Shown: positions 63,526 to 64,000 of the stretch, piece by piece
Numbering within the stretch: position 1 is the first letter of the stretch
Layout: each line of letters opens with the position of its first letter
Assembly: GCA_028534125.1 (NCBI GenBank)
Contig: CM052817.1
Span: 22,322,001 to 22,386,000, forward strand
Direction: 5' to 3'
From: Lama glama
Lineage: Eukaryota
Length of the DNA: 64,000 nucleotides
Made by a program: the position numbers and the translations under genes
The notes under the pieces: model-generated
Database searches by the model: none
Seen by the model: only the letters and a program-made list of their open reading frames with translations
What the model was told of the DNA's origin: nothing

Positions 63526-64000
63526 CGGCATTCAGTCTTTCAGTGTTAAGCATTTTTTGTGCACTAGCATCCACGTACATTTCAGGCCTGCTGTTATCTT
63601 TCCTACCCAGTAAGATTTCTGTAGAGGTAGGTGGAACACAAACTCATGAGAAGGAATGAGTTATGGAGGGAAGGAAAAGCAATTTATCAGTGAGAAAGGC
63701 ACAAAGGAGAAAACAATGAGTGCAGATGCTGGGTTAATTTTCAGATTGTAACAGAATGTGGGCAATATTAATAATTTAATATTGTGTGGTAAGAATGAGT
63801 TTTAGCTCTCATAAGAGTCTGGTTTATTTTTAATGTTCACTGGACCATTATAACAAGAGTTATTATACTAGTTTCAGTCGTGGAATATGTTATCAACAAG
63901 AAAATTTGGATTTTAAAATAATATTAGAAAATACTACAGAAGATGAGATATTTTTACCTAGAAAGTTTATTTTTAAAGTTATTTTCCAAGTGTTTTTGAC

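Noticed and set aside
1..64000. A novel multi-gene or prokaryote-type system (CRISPR, operon, defence island)
   Set aside because: No long ORFs, no repeat-spacer array; the content is explained by known mammalian repeats and non-coding DNA.

Overview
AT-rich, CpG-depleted mammalian non-coding DNA (large intron or intergenic), most likely from a camelid: it has two vic-1-type tRNA-derived SINEs and cetartiodactyl/camelid L1 3' ends, and I saw no Alu, Bov-B/Bov-tA or PRE1. I found no credible protein-coding gene, true RNA gene or CRISPR array; the ORF track is chance ORFs or repeat read-through. The window is a layered fossil record of transposons: five ERV1-class solo LTRs plus a MER41-like LTR (most with visible 4-bp TSDs), MaLR/ERVL LTRs, a 5'LTR+gag ERVL-class proviral remnant, several 5'-truncated L1s with TSDs (two with twin-priming inversions), MIR/L2, hAT MITEs, a 251-nt pure pyrimidine tract and a 100-N assembly gap. 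I did not find a new biological system. The best leads are a 58-bp near-perfect duplication 1078 bp apart, a MER41-like LTR whose STAT site has N4 spacing, nested LTR insertions, and two repeat-free segments with promoter- or exon-like signals. Repeat family names come from recalled consensus sequences, not a database search; boundaries without TSDs are approximate.
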